From positions 10,106 through 74,105 of the forward strand of contig CAZWDH010000001.1 of assembly GCA_964632865.1 (NCBI GenBank): 64,000 bases of DNA, written 5' to 3'. The translations under genes and the position numbers were made by a program. This DNA comes from an uncultured Nitrospiraceae bacterium (lineage in GTDB: Bacteria; Hydrogenedentota; Hydrogenedentia; Hydrogenedentales; SLHB01). The stretch's first letter is position 1, and every line of letters begins with the position of its first letter. Below are positions 9,242 through 19,302 of this stretch, one piece after another. Below the pieces are notes generated by a model. That model saw only the letters and a list, made by a program, of their open reading frames with translations, had not been told where the DNA came from and made no database searches.

Positions 9242-9620
9242 AACACCGCGCGGCATTCCTCCGCTCTGAGAGTGACGGAGGAGCCGGGCGGGCTAAATGA
9301 GATGCCGTCTAAAAAGCATTGGCCAAGGTATGCTTGACCGGAGAACGAACATCGATGGAGGCGGGGGGAATCGAAATCGTTGGGCAAATCATGGAAAAAC
9401 CGCTTTTTTCAACCATTAGGAAATGCGAGTTTGCCGAGGAATACGCGAAAAGTCGACCTGACCACTCGCGACCAATTTGACTCTTCAGCCCCATCAAAAA
9501 TCGCTTTTTGCGTGTACCTATCGTGTACTCACGTCACGCCAAATACCCCGGGCACTTTCGCCCCATGCGGATTTACAGTGCACCGCCCAATGCCGGAAAC
9601 GGATCGGCATTTCTTCATCG

Positions 9621-12473
9621 TCATCGTGTCGCAGCTTGCTCGCCCATCGTGCGTCGAATCCACTTGTCTAGCTCGCGCAGCCACAGCACCGAGCTGGCGA
9701 CTGCCGTGCATAGCAGCCAATCGCCCGGATGCAAGCTCACGGTCGAGAAGGCGCTCTGCAAGAAGGGCGCGTAAATCACGGCTACATGCAGCGCAAGCGA
9801 AAGGCCGATCGCGGCCCACACCCAGTTATTCCGAAAGAGCCCCTGGAACGCACTGTGCTCATCCGAGCGAGCGTTTAAGACGTTGAAGAGCTGGAACATC
9901 ATTAGCGTGGTGAACGCCATGGTCTGCGCGAAACGCATGTCGCCCGAACCCGTGATGAAGCCTCCGGGCAGACAGGCGTCAAGCACCACCAGCGTGCCGG
10001 CCGCCATGATCGCCCCGACGAAGAAGATGCCAAACCACATGCGGCGCGTGAGAACGCCTTCGTCTCGCGAGCGCGGCACGCGGCTCATCACGTCTGCGTC
10101 TGCCGGGTCGACGCCCAAGGCCATCGCAGGCGCGCCGTCCGTCACGAGGTTGATCCAGAGGATCTGTGTCGCCAGTAGCGGCAGGAGCATGGGATTTTCC
10201 CCCGCAAGGGCGTCTTCCTCGCCACTTAAGCCGATCACCCTCGCCAACAGCACGCCCAGGAACATGGTCATGACCTCGCCGATGTTCGACGACAGCAGGT
10301 AGCGCAGGAACTTGCGGATGTTGGCGAAGATGGCCCGGCCTTCTTCGACAGCGGCCACGATAGTCGCAAAGTTATCGTCGGTCAGTACCACGTCCGCCGC
10401 CTGCTTGGACACGTCAGTCCCCATGATACCCATCGCTATGCCGATGTCGGCGGCCTTGAGCGATGGCGCATCGTTGACGCCGTCGCCGGTCATGGCCACC
10501 GTCGCACCTCCGCGCTGCAGTGCTTTGACGAGGCGTAGCTTATGTCGCGGATCGACGCGTGCGTACACAGAGGTGTTCTCGACCGTTTGAGCAAGCGCTT
10601 CGTTCGACATATTCTCCAACTCGGCGCCGGTGACGGTCCGTCCGTCCGTGGCGATTCCCAGTTCGGCGGCGATGACGGCGGCGGTTCTTGGATGATCGCC
10701 GGTAATCATGATCGGACGAATGCCGGCGTTTTTAGCCCGCGCCACCGCCTGCTTCGCTTCCTCGCGCGGCGGATCCATCATGCCGATCAGGCCCAAAAAA
10801 ACGAGTCCTTGCTCCAGGTGTTCACCCACCTCGACGTGTTGCAGCGCACCCGCCGGCACAGACCGCGACGCGACGCCCAGTGTGCGCAACGCCTCGCCGG
10901 CGAGTTGTTCATTCACCTGCAGGATCTCAGCGCGGCGCTCCTCGCTTAAAGTTCGCGCCCCATCACCCACCCGCTCCTGCGAACATCGCGCTACCAGCAC
11001 GTCCGGCGCCCCCTTTGTGAAAACCCGAAGGTGCTCGCGCTGATCGGAGTCCGTATGAACCGTCGACATCAGCTTGCGGTCGGATGAGAACGGAACTTCG
11101 CCCACCCGCATAAAGCGTCGGTCGAGGGTTTCTTCCTCCAGCCCCGCCTTGCGGGCAGCGACCACCAGCGCCCCCTCGGTCGGGTCGCCTTGCACCGTCC
11201 AGCCGCCATCTTGTTCATGCAGCACGGCATTGTTGGCCCGGTCCGCCACGGTTAGTGCCCTCCTTAACTCTGCGCGGAGCGTTCCTTCGATCGGCCCGCC
11301 GCCCTCCACATGCACCTCCCCTTCAGGCGCATAGCCCGTGCCGCTGAAATCCACGCGCCCGCTTGCCGTGACCACGGTGCGCACCGTCATTTCGTTTTTC
11401 GTCAGCGTGCCGGTTTTGTCGGCAGCGATGACATTCGCTGAGCCCAGCGTTTCGACCGCTGCGAGGTGTCGCACGATGGCGTTGCGCCTCGCCATGCGCT
11501 GCACGCCAAGTGCGAGCACCGCCGTCACTACTGTCGGCAGGCCTTCAGGCACCGCCGCCACCGCCAGCGCTACCCCCACGAGAAGTACGTCGAACAGAGC
11601 CGTGAAGCCGCGCACCTTTTCGACGAGCACAATCGTGGCGATCATCGCCACGGCGATGATGACGACGATCAGCCCCAGCCGTTTGCCGAGCCGGTCGAGT
11701 TCGCGTTGCAGCGGTGTGGTTTCGACGCCGGATTCTTCCAGCATTCCGGCGATGCGTCCCATCTCGGTTTGCATCCCGGTCGCCGTGACGACGGCTTTGC
11801 CGCGGCCGTACGTAACTGCGGTTCCGCTGAAGACCATGTTCTCCCGGTCGCCGAGCGATGCTCCTCCCGTCACCGGATCGGTGTCCTTCGACACCGGCAG
11901 GCTCTCGCCGGTCAGGGCCGCTTCCGCGGTTTGCAAAGCCGTGGAAAGAACCAGGCGCGCATCGGCGGGGATAGCGTCGCCTTCCTCGATGAGAATCAGG
12001 TCGCCGGGCACGACATCCGCCGCGGCAACTTCACATCGCTCGCCGTCGCGCACGACGTTCGCGCTGGCCGCCGACATCCTGCGGAGCGCTGCAACCGCCG
12101 ATTCGGCCCGCGACTCCTGGACATAACCCATGACCGCGTTGAGCAGCACGATGGCGAAGATGACCATCGCATCATATGGCAACGCCGCTTCCCGCTTGAC
12201 CACCCAGAGTCCCGCCGAGATAGCGGTGGCGACCAACAGCAAAACGACGAGTATGTTCCGGAATTGCGCGAGGAACCGCCGCCACGCCGACACGGACTCC
12301 TTGGCCGTTAGCTCGTTGCGGCCGTGACGGGCAAGCCTTTGGGCGGCTTCGGCGCCGCTCAGCCCTGAGCGGGCGTCCGTGCCGAGGGCTCGGATGACGT
12401 CTTGTGCCGACGCTGTGTGCGGTGTGAGATCTCGACTTTCCGAACTGATGGCTTTTTTCTGGTTGGTTTCCAT
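9621..12473 (-). CDS. P-type ATPase, type IIA (SERCA-like Ca2+/cation-transporting).
   Basis: [64 protein letters not shown]; 950 aa with 10 TM segments. Confidence 0.9.
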   Translation of the reverse strand: METNQKKAISSESRDLTPHTASAQDVIRALGTDARSGLSGAEAAQRLARHGRNELTAKESVSAWRRFLAQFRNILVVLLLVATAISAGLWVVKREAALPYDAMVIFAIVLLNAVMGYVQESRAESAVAALRRMSAASANVVRDGERCEVAAADVVPGDLILIEEGDAIPADARLVLSTALQTAEAALTGESLPVSKDTDPVTGGASLGDRENMVFSGTAVTYGRGKAVVTATGMQTEMGRIAGMLEESGVETTPLQRELDRLGKRLGLIVVIIAVAMIATIVLVEKVRGFTALFDVLLVGVALAVAAVPEGLPTVVTAVLALGVQRMARRNAIVRHLAAVETLGSANVIAADKTGTLTKNEMTVRTVVTASGRVDFSGTGYAPEGEVHVEGGGPIEGTLRAELRRALTVADRANNAVLHEQDGGWTVQGDPTEGALVVAARKAGLEEETLDRRFMRVGEVPFSSDRKLMSTVHTDSDQREHLRVFTKGAPDVLVARCSQERVGDGARTLSEERRAEILQVNEQLAGEALRTLGVASRSVPAGALQHVEVGEHLEQGLVFLGLIGMMDPPREEAKQAVARAKNAGIRPIMITGDHPRTAAVIAAELGIATDGRTVTGAELENMSNEALAQTVENTSVYARVDPRHKLRLVKALQRGGATVAMTGDGVNDAPSLKAADIGIAMGIMGTDVSKQAADVVLTDDNFATIVAAVEEGRAIFANIRKFLRYLLSSNIGEVMTMFLGVLLARVIGLSGEEDALAGENPMLLPLLATQILWINLVTDGAPAMALGVDPADADVMSRVPRSRDEGVLTRRMWFGIFFVGAIMAAGTLVVLDACLPGGFITGSGDMRFAQTMAFTTLMMFQLFNVLNARSDEHSAFQGLFRNNWVWAAIGLSLALHVAVIYAPFLQSAFSTVSLHPGDWLLCTAVASSVLWLRELDKWIRRTMGEQAATR

Positions 12474-12509
12474 CGCAACGATAGGCTCGCCCGACGGACA
12501 ATCGCCGGT

Positions 12510-13286
12510 TCACGGTCTTCCAACATTCTCAAAACTGCTGAGCAACAAACCCACGCCGTAGGCGAGCGCGGCGGCGCTGCCGCCGACTACCAGGGTCTCA
12601 AGCCCAGCCCGGAGCCAGCGCTCATCGACAAACCGACTCTTGAGCGCACCAGTGGTAAAGAACGCCGCCCCGGTCATCGTCGCGCTCCACGCAAACGGAT
12701 TCGCAATGCTCTCCAGCCCCAACGCTTTTAAGCAGAAGGGCACAAGCGGTAGGACGCCTATTCCGACAAACGCGGCGAGAGTCGAAAACCCAGCCCGCCA
12801 CGGCGATGGGCCTTCCAGCGAAAGACCGTGCTCATCCTGAAGCATGGTATCCACCCAGCGAGTGGTCTCCGCGGTGATGATTGCAACGGCTCGCTCAAGG
12901 TCCTCCCCGGTGAAGCCTTTGTTGATAAGAATCTGCCGGATCTCTTCGCGCTCGCCTCTCGGATAACACCGAATCTCCTCCTCCTCGATTCGCCGGGTGC
13001 GTTGGCGAAGCTGCTCCTCGGTTCGCGTCGCCAAGAAGTTACCAACAGCCATGCTGAACCCGTCGGCGATCAGGTTTGCGAACCCTAGGATAATCACCAC
13101 GCTCATGGACAGTTGAGCCCCCGCGACGCCGGAGACCACAGCAAAAGTCGTCACGGTTCCGTCAATGGCGCCGTAGATGAAATCACGCAGATACCGGCGA
13201 CGCGGCCTGGTGCCGAATCGTCGCTGAATTGCCGCAGGAGTGTGTTCGGCTTCGTGCCCTATTCCATGGGAGGGCGAGATCATCAC
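12510..13286 (-). CDS. VIT1/CCC1-family (DUF125) Fe/Mn transporter.
   Basis: YGAIDGTVTTFAVVSG motif, a central hydrophilic EEEE loop and C-terminal TM helices. Confidence 0.8.
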   Translation of the reverse strand: MMISPSHGIGHEAEHTPAAIQRRFGTRPRRRYLRDFIYGAIDGTVTTFAVVSGVAGAQLSMSVVIILGFANLIADGFSMAVGNFLATRTEEQLRQRTRRIEEEEIRCYPRGEREEIRQILINKGFTGEDLERAVAIITAETTRWVDTMLQDEHGLSLEGPSPWRAGFSTLAAFVGIGVLPLVPFCLKALGLESIANPFAWSATMTGAAFFTTGALKSRFVDERWLRAGLETLVVGGSAAALAYGVGLLLSSFENVGRP

Positions 13287-13300
13287 GGGGGTCCAGTCGC

Positions 13301-14377
13301 TTATGACGATTCGAACGTGATCAACGGCTTAATCATTCCGCCTTCCTTGTTCTGCATCATGCGAAAGGCGGTCTCAATCTGCGAGAATTTGAACCGATGC
13401 GTTGTGAGCGGGAGCGGGTTCACGCGACCGGACTCGATCAGCCGCATGAGCCGATACATGCGTTCCGCGCCGCCAGGGCACAGACCGGTGCGGATGGTTT
13501 TGTCGCTCATGCCGACTCCCCAGGCCAGACGTGGAATGGGCACGGTGTCCCCGTCGCCATGATAGCCGGCGTTGGATATCGTCCCGCCAGGCCGGGTGAC
13601 CTTCACGCACGACTCGAAAGTGACACGCCCACCGTAGGCTTCAATGGCCGAATCCACCCCCTGCCCATCGGTTAGTTTCAAGATCGCTTCGACCGGATCC
13701 TGGTCATTGAAGTCGATCACCCTGTCGCATCCGAAGTGTTTGCCGGCCGCAAGCCGGTTCGGCATCCCGTCCACGCCTATAACTAGACCCGCGCCGCAAA
13801 GCCGCGCACCCTGGGCGGCCATAAGCCCGATCGGGCCGAGCGCAAAGACGGCCACGCTGCCACCCATCGGAATGTTCGCGTGCTCCGCGGCCATGAAGCC
13901 GGTGGAGAGCATGTCGGCGCAATAAACCGCCTGCTCATCGGTGAGGCCGTCCGGAATCTTTGCCAGATTCGCGACGGCGTTATTCACGTGGAAGTATTCG
14001 GCCATATTCCCATCTTTCGTGTTTGCAAACTTCCACCCACCGAGCATCTGCGTACATTGCGACGTCCAACCGCGCTGGCAGTTCTCACAATGAAAGCATG
14101 GCGTAATGGCGCCGACCAGCACGCGGTCGCCTTGCTTGAAGCCGCTTACCGCGCTGCCGAGTTGTGATACGACGCCTACCGCTTCGTGGCCCAGCGTCAA
14201 GTTCTTGCGGGGGCCAATAGCACCAGCGACCGTGTGGATGTCGGACGTGCAGATCAGGGCCGCGGTGGTCCGGACGACCGCGTCGTTCGGTCCGGGTTCA
14301 GGGATCGGCTTCCGCGTGACCTGTACGCGCCCAATCTCGTGCATGACGAAAGCGTCCATAGTTTCTGACATCCGCAA
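13301..14377 (-). CDS. Zn-dependent medium-chain alcohol dehydrogenase of the NADP-dependent secondary-ADH type. The probable start is ATG 14371 or 14359.
   Basis: PGPNDAVVRTTAALICTSDIHTV...LGHEAVGVV...GDRVLVGAITPCFHCENCQRG resembles the Thermoanaerobacter secondary ADH. Confidence 0.88.
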   Translation of the reverse strand: MRMSETMDAFVMHEIGRVQVTRKPIPEPGPNDAVVRTTAALICTSDIHTVAGAIGPRKNLTLGHEAVGVVSQLGSAVSGFKQGDRVLVGAITPCFHCENCQRGWTSQCTQMLGGWKFANTKDGNMAEYFHVNNAVANLAKIPDGLTDEQAVYCADMLSTGFMAAEHANIPMGGSVAVFALGPIGLMAAQGARLCGAGLVIGVDGMPNRLAAGKHFGCDRVIDFNDQDPVEAILKLTDGQGVDSAIEAYGGRVTFESCVKVTRPGGTISNAGYHGDGDTVPIPRLAWGVGMSDKTIRTGLCPGGAERMYRLMRLIESGRVNPLPLTTHRFKFSQIETAFRMMQNKEGGMIKPLITFESS

Positions 14378-14390
14378 TCTCCGTTAACAG

Positions 14391-14410
14391 GTGCAATACC
14401 GGTTCCGATC
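14391..14410 (-). promoter_or_regulatory. Candidate sigma54 (-24/-12) promoter upstream of the adh-VIT-ATPase operon.
   Basis: Minus-strand cGGAAC-cggta-TTGCA matches TGGCAC-N5-TTGCA with correct GG/GC spacing. Confidence 0.35.
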
Positions 14411-14750
14411 TAGTCCAGCCACTCAGAATGAACAATCCTGACACACGGAAACGTCCGTGGTCAAAAGCCATCATAACATCCCGCCACTGAAAGTATGCGC
14501 CACCGCCGACTGCTTATAAGCCAAACGTCGTTGCGTGCCCTCGATCTCAAAAACCGCAGCATAAAGTGAGGTGCAATAGCCACGAGGCCGATCGCAGCGA
14601 TGACCATTTCCCGCGAGTCGCATGAGGTGTTTTCAGTTGCGGATCGATGCATCGCGTCCTTCGCAAGAACTGCGTCGCCAACCTTGCCGGAGCTCATCGC
14701 GATGGATCATAGCCGATACTGGGGGCAGCGCAGTGCCCCGGACAACATAG

Positions 14751-15659
14751 TCAAGCAGCGGGAGAACGGACCACCTCAACAGAGCACGCGGCCCGCATGG
14801 CAACCGTCGTGGACACGCTGCCGAGCAGAATGCGATCAACCCAGCTCAAGCCGCGTGCTCCGACGAACACGCAGTCGGCGGCCACCTCTTCAGCCTGCTT
14901 GAGAAGCTCTTGTTTGGCGTCACCCTTCGTCACATGCTTGGTCACCGTCAGACCGACGCCGCGCAGCTCCTCCGCCGCCCGCTCGGCGATCACTTCCGCG
15001 AACTCATCTGCCGACGGGGCACCTTGCGTCGGTAGCGAGGAGTGCATCATGCTCATTCGGGAGTCCGCTACGCAAACCACGCGGATCCTGGTCCCGACCG
15101 GCCAGTTGCGCGAACCTACGGCGCGAACGGCGGTGGACGCGTCTGGCGAACCGTCGACTCCGATGAGCAATTGCAGGTCCTGGTCGAGGGAACCGGCGAA
15201 ACGCGCGATTCTGACTGAACATCGCGCATACGTCACGACTTTGTGCGAGACGCTTCCCAGCACCATCTTGCCTAGAGTTGATTTCCCTGTGGCCCCGACC
15301 ACCACCAGGTCCACGCGGGGGGCCCCGCTCCACCCTTCTGCGCAGCGGATGACTCCCCAGCCGGGTGAGTCGGCAATCGCTTCGGCCTGAGCCGCCCACC
15401 CCGGATAAACCTGCTTCAAATGGTCTGCCGCTCGCTGCGCCTGCGTCCTGCAACGCTCCACTTGTGCGAGCATCTCGCGGTGAAGATGATCATACCCGGT
15501 TCGAGCCGCGACATCCGACAGGGGAGGTTCCGGCGGTAGATAGCCGTCGGCCACGCTTAGCACAACAGCCTCGCAAACGGCCGGCAGCCCTGCCTGACTG
15601 AGTTCGTCGATCGCGGCATCCGCACCAGGTGAGCCGTCGTAGCCGATGAGTAGCCGCAT
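14751..15659 (-). CDS. Tandem universal stress protein (UspA family).
   Basis: Two Usp domains (MRLLIGYDGSP...VVGATGKS..GSV; LIGVDGSPDA...FVGARG...LLGSVS). AGGAG RBS before the ATG at 15659. The ORF-track extension to 15878 is Arg-rich junk. Confidence 0.85.
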   Translation of the reverse strand: MRLLIGYDGSPGADAAIDELSQAGLPAVCEAVVLSVADGYLPPEPPLSDVAARTGYDHLHREMLAQVERCRTQAQRAADHLKQVYPGWAAQAEAIADSPGWGVIRCAEGWSGAPRVDLVVVGATGKSTLGKMVLGSVSHKVVTYARCSVRIARFAGSLDQDLQLLIGVDGSPDASTAVRAVGSRNWPVGTRIRVVCVADSRMSMMHSSLPTQGAPSADEFAEVIAERAAEELRGVGLTVTKHVTKGDAKQELLKQAEEVAADCVFVGARGLSWVDRILLGSVSTTVAMRAACSVEVVRSPAA

Positions 15660-15840
15660 AACGAACTCCTGTAAAGCTGGCCTTTTCGGCGCCTTCCGAC
15701 TTCTCTTCGCCGCCCGGAAAGCTGGGCGGAACTCGGCGGCGGGTGGCCCTCGACAACGGACCCGCACGGTTATTGTGCCGCAAATCCGGCCGCCCCACCA
15801 GTCCAACCAAAGGCACGGTGGGGTCTGCCCGAAATAGCCC

Positions 15841-17223
15841 CTACGGGAAGATCCCGCGCTCCTTGTACACCGTCTCAAGCCGGGCGAGTGCGATCACGTA
15901 CGCCGCGGTTCGCCAATCGACGTTGAGCTCTGCGGCCTTGTCGCGGACGCGTTGGTAGGCATTGGTGATTCGCTTGTGCAGTTTAGAATCGACTTCGTCG
16001 AGCTCCCAGAACTCGCTGCGCTTGTTTTGCAGCCACTCGAAGTAGCTAACGATCACACCGCCGGAGTTGCATAAGATGTCCGGAATCAGATCGATTCCAC
16101 GCTCGCGCAGGATCATGTCGCCTTCCGGGTCCGTAGGACCGTTGGCTCCTTCCGCGACCAGTCGCACGCGGAGCCAACGCGCGGTCTCCGCAGTAATCTG
16201 GTTTTCCATTGCCGCAGGTACGAAGATGTCCGCCGGCGTTTTGAAGAACATGATGTGGTCGGCGAATTCTCCCTGTGGATATCGGAATACGCCGCCGTGA
16301 ACACGCACGTAGCGGAGCAGATCGTCGGGATCCAGACCTTCCAGGTTGCGAACGCCGCCGGTCACGTCCTCCACGGCTACGAGTTTCGCTCCCAATCGCG
16401 TGAGCAATCGCGCCGTCCATGACCCCACGTTGCCAAACCCTTGAATGGTGAACTTCATGTCGCGTAGATCAAGCTGACGGTCCGCGGCCCAGCACTGAAT
16501 CGTGTACACGACGCCCTGCCCGGTGGCCTTGTCCCGCCCGACGCTCCCGCCAGCCTCGATGGGCTTGCCCGTCACGACATGGATGTTCTTCTGGCGGTCG
16601 TGCGGAGGGACCGTGGAGGCGTACGTGTCGAGGATCCACGCCATGATCTGGGCATTGGTGTTGACATCCGGGGCAGGGATGTCGTACTCCGGACCGATGT
16701 TGTCGCCGAGCGCGTACACGAACCGGCGCGTGATCCGTTCTAACTCTGCTTCCGAGTAGTTCGAAGGGTCGAACTGAATGCCGCCCTTGGCACCACCAAA
16801 CGGAATCCCAGCCACGGCGCATTTCCAAGTCATCCATGCGGCCAGCGCCCTAACCTCGTCGAGGTCAACGTCGGGGTGGAAACGCAAACCCCCCTTGAAC
16901 GGCCCGAGGGCGTCGTTGTGCTGAACACGATAGCCCGTGAACATCTCCACGTGACCGTTGTTCATCTTTACGGGGAAATTCACGACGATCTCGTTCTTGG
17001 TCCTCGCCAGGATCTTCCGCACGTCCGGATCAAGGTGCATGACGTCGGCGGCCCGGTTAAACTGGGTGACGACGTTTTGGTACAGGCTCTTTTTGACCCG
17101 CTTCGGCGCCTCCGATGCGGGAATCTCCAGCCCAACGGGCGATTCGGCGCCAACCTTCAGGGCGGAGATCGCCCCGTTGTCGCCTGTCTCGTTGCGCGGT
17201 TGTTCTTGTATCAACGTGGTCAT
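15841..17223 (-). CDS. gdhA: NAD(P)-dependent glutamate dehydrogenase.
   Basis: KGGLRFHP, GIPFGGAKGGIQFDP, GFGNVGSW motifs. GAGGAGG RBS before the ATG at 17223. Confidence 0.92.
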   Translation of the reverse strand: MTTLIQEQPRNETGDNGAISALKVGAESPVGLEIPASEAPKRVKKSLYQNVVTQFNRAADVMHLDPDVRKILARTKNEIVVNFPVKMNNGHVEMFTGYRVQHNDALGPFKGGLRFHPDVDLDEVRALAAWMTWKCAVAGIPFGGAKGGIQFDPSNYSEAELERITRRFVYALGDNIGPEYDIPAPDVNTNAQIMAWILDTYASTVPPHDRQKNIHVVTGKPIEAGGSVGRDKATGQGVVYTIQCWAADRQLDLRDMKFTIQGFGNVGSWTARLLTRLGAKLVAVEDVTGGVRNLEGLDPDDLLRYVRVHGGVFRYPQGEFADHIMFFKTPADIFVPAAMENQITAETARWLRVRLVAEGANGPTDPEGDMILRERGIDLIPDILCNSGGVIVSYFEWLQNKRSEFWELDEVDSKLHKRITNAYQRVRDKAAELNVDWRTAAYVIALARLETVYKERGIFP

Positions 17224-17271
17224 GATGTCTACGCCTCCTCTCGCGCTGTCGCGGTCCAACACGGACCTCGG

Positions 17272-17664
17272 CTACTCGAATTCGTCGCAGTTGAAGACCC
17301 CGCCTTCCGGCTTGGGAAACATGCACGTCTCGCGTTTCTCGCAGGTCATGCACAACCCCGGGAACCACTCGCGGTTGGCGACGGCGAACCGGTCATCGAA
17401 GCGCGGGCCTTCCACGGCATGCGGCGGCTTTACCTCCACCGCCCCTTCGAACTCGTCGCAGGTCAGAACGGGATGATCGGCGGACCTCGGAAATGTGCAG
17501 ACAGGTTCGTTGACGCAGGTCGTGCAGAGCCCGGGATACCACTCCCGATTGGCCGCGAGGGTGCGTTCTGACATCGGTTTGGTGGCTTGCGGTGGTTTCG
17601 GGATGCCACGCCCCTCATTTTCTGTTCTCTCCCTCGTTCCTTCTGACAAGGTCTTGGTTGTCAT
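17272..17664 (-). CDS. Uncharacterised protein with two tandem ~40-aa 4-Cys domains (REW[YF]PGLCxTCxxxxxCxFP...xCDEFE), immediately upstream of and co-oriented with gdhA.
   Basis: Internal repeat ANREWYPGLCTTCVNEPVCTFPRS..VLTCDEFE / ANREWFPGLCMTCEKRETCMFPKP..VFNCDEFE. AGGAGG RBS before the ATG at 17664. Confidence 0.6.
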   Translation of the reverse strand: MTTKTLSEGTRERTENEGRGIPKPPQATKPMSERTLAANREWYPGLCTTCVNEPVCTFPRSADHPVLTCDEFEGAVEVKPPHAVEGPRFDDRFAVANREWFPGLCMTCEKRETCMFPKPEGGVFNCDEFE

Positions 17665-17736
17665 GGTACACCTCCTCATGTTGGAGCCCTATTCTCGGCC
17701 GCGACCACTCGATTCGTCGCGACTCCGAAGGACGTA

Positions 17737-17756
17737 AGTGCATTTGGTGGACCAGG
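17737..17756 (-). promoter_or_regulatory. Candidate sigma54 promoter ~75 nt upstream of the 4-Cys/gdhA operon.
   Basis: Minus-strand TGGtcC-accaa-aTGCA keeps the GG-N10-GC core. Confidence 0.3.
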
Positions 17757-17931
17757 CTGATGCCCGAATTCTGCGACCCGGGAAGGAGATTCGACTGGCG
17801 CGTAAGATCACCAAAGACAAGCACTTAGGCGGCAACGCCTTCGCAAGTGGAGAAGCGCCGCAGAATCGTCGGAGTGGCAAGGCAGCGGGGAGGAATGAAC
17901 CAGCGGGGAGAAACGCCCCAAGAGCGGCGAA

Positions 17932-19302
17932 TCATTCTGGGTCTTCCGATGTGCTCGCTTCGCTGGAGAATCCGAAACGCTTCAGGCTTTCGCGCAGCGT
18001 CTTTCGGTCGATACCCAAAATCTGCGCCGCCTGCGTTTTGTTCCCCTTCACGCTGGCGAGTACGGCGCGAATGTGGCTCGCGTCCACCTCGGCCAGCGAC
18101 TTATTGACCGCTCCGCCGAGCGGAACGGCGAAGCGCATGAGCGAGGGCAAATCGGCGGCGTCAATCTCCTCAACGTCGGTCATCACGACCAATCGCTGAA
18201 GGACGTTCTCCAGTTCGCGGATATTGCCCGGCCAGTGGTATTCACGGATGCACTGCCAAGCGCGATCCGAGAGTCGCGGCACCGGCTTGTCCGCGTCACG
18301 GGCGAACCTGGCGATGAAGTAGCCCACCAGCGGGATAATGTCGTTCCCACGGTCGCGCAGCGGTGGGAGCTCGATCGTGATGACGTTCAGCCGAAAGTAC
18401 AGGTCGTCCCGGAAGGCCTTCCGCCGGACTAGGGCGGCGAGGTCCTTGTTGGTGGCAGCGAGGACACGCACATCAACGGCGCGCGGCTTGGTAGCGCCGA
18501 CCAATTGCACTTGGTTGTCTTCCAGGACTCGGAGCAATTTGGACTGCATGGCCGGCGTGAGTTCCCCGACCTCATCGAGAAAAATTGACCCTTGATCGGC
18601 GGCGATGAAGAAGCCGGCACGTGTGGTGATGGCGCCGGTGAAAGAGCCTTTCACATGCCCGAACAACTCGCTTTCGACAAGCCCCTCGGGGATTCCGCCG
18701 CAGTTGACGGGCACAAAAGGAGCGGAAGCGCGGGGGCTACTGTAGTGTATCGCTCGGGCGACCAGCTCCTTGCCGGTGCCGCTTTCGCCCGTGATCAACA
18801 CGGTGGCAGACGTGGCGGCCGCTTTGGTGATGGCCCGGTATACCCGTTGCATCGCCGCTGACTCGCCGATCAGCCCGAACGGCGTTCCGGCTGCCCTGGC
18901 CTCCGTAGGCTCCGCTGCGCGTCGCTGGTGCGCCTTCTCGAGGGTCCTCTGGACTGCGGAAAGCAGCTCTTGGTCGGTGAACGGCTTCGTCAGGTACTCC
19001 TCCGCGCCCTCCTTCATCGCCGCCACAGCGCTCTCGATGCTTCCATACCCCGTGATCATGATGGTGGCCGTTTCCGGGAAGTTGGCCCGAACGTGGCGAA
19101 TCAGCTCGAGCCCTCCCACCTTGGGCATCTTGAGGTCCGTGATGACCAGATCAATCGACGTTCGTTCCAGAATCGGGACGGCCTCTTCCACGCCTCGCGC
19201 GGTAAGGACGGAATAGCCGGCCTGCGTCAGGTTCCGTTCGAGCACCTGCAACGTGTTCTCGGAATCATCGACTGCCAGAATGTATGCGATCGGTTCAGCC
19301 AT
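17932..19302 (-). CDS. Sigma54-dependent response regulator (NtrC family): REC, AAA+ sigma54-activator and Fis-type HTH domains.
   Basis: ILAVDDSENTLQVL...DLVITDLKMP (REC); GESGTGKELVARAIH, GAFTGA-like ESELFGH (AAA+); AQILGIDRKTLRESLKRFG (HTH). Confidence 0.9.
   Translation of the reverse strand: MAEPIAYILAVDDSENTLQVLERNLTQAGYSVLTARGVEEAVPILERTSIDLVITDLKMPKVGGLELIRHVRANFPETATIMITGYGSIESAVAAMKEGAEEYLTKPFTDQELLSAVQRTLEKAHQRRAAEPTEARAAGTPFGLIGESAAMQRVYRAITKAAATSATVLITGESGTGKELVARAIHYSSPRASAPFVPVNCGGIPEGLVESELFGHVKGSFTGAITTRAGFFIAADQGSIFLDEVGELTPAMQSKLLRVLEDNQVQLVGATKPRAVDVRVLAATNKDLAALVRRKAFRDDLYFRLNVITIELPPLRDRGNDIIPLVGYFIARFARDADKPVPRLSDRAWQCIREYHWPGNIRELENVLQRLVVMTDVEEIDAADLPSLMRFAVPLGGAVNKSLAEVDASHIRAVLASVKGNKTQAAQILGIDRKTLRESLKRFGFSSEASTSEDPE

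Larger units (their letters stand above)
1..9300. mobile_element. Integrated plasmid-like / integrative element: int, ParB-nuclease, DUF932, parA plus RHH, rep-like and xis. The right boundary is probably in the AT-rich spacer 9290-9520; the left boundary is outside the window.
   Basis: Co-linear hallmark genes, all read by eye. The integrase lies at the window edge, and an excisionase-like gene is followed by the only AT-rich stretch in the window. Confidence 0.55.

Noticed and set aside
9242-9620. Possible tRNA or att fragment (tTCGATTCCcc seen on the minus strand near 9365).
   Set aside because: The flanking bases cannot form a T-stem or acceptor stem, and no CCA end is present.
9883-12311. 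Several plus-strand ORFs of 139-281 aa.
   Set aside because: Antisense within the SERCA-like ATPase; Ser/Thr/Ala-rich frames typical of high-GC shadows.
15660-15840. Possible sigma54 promoter upstream of uspA (GCAAAT/GTGCC elements).
   Set aside because: The elements are in the wrong order and spacing for the -24/-12 geometry.
16876-17571. 231-aa plus ORF.
   Set aside because: Antisense to gdhA.
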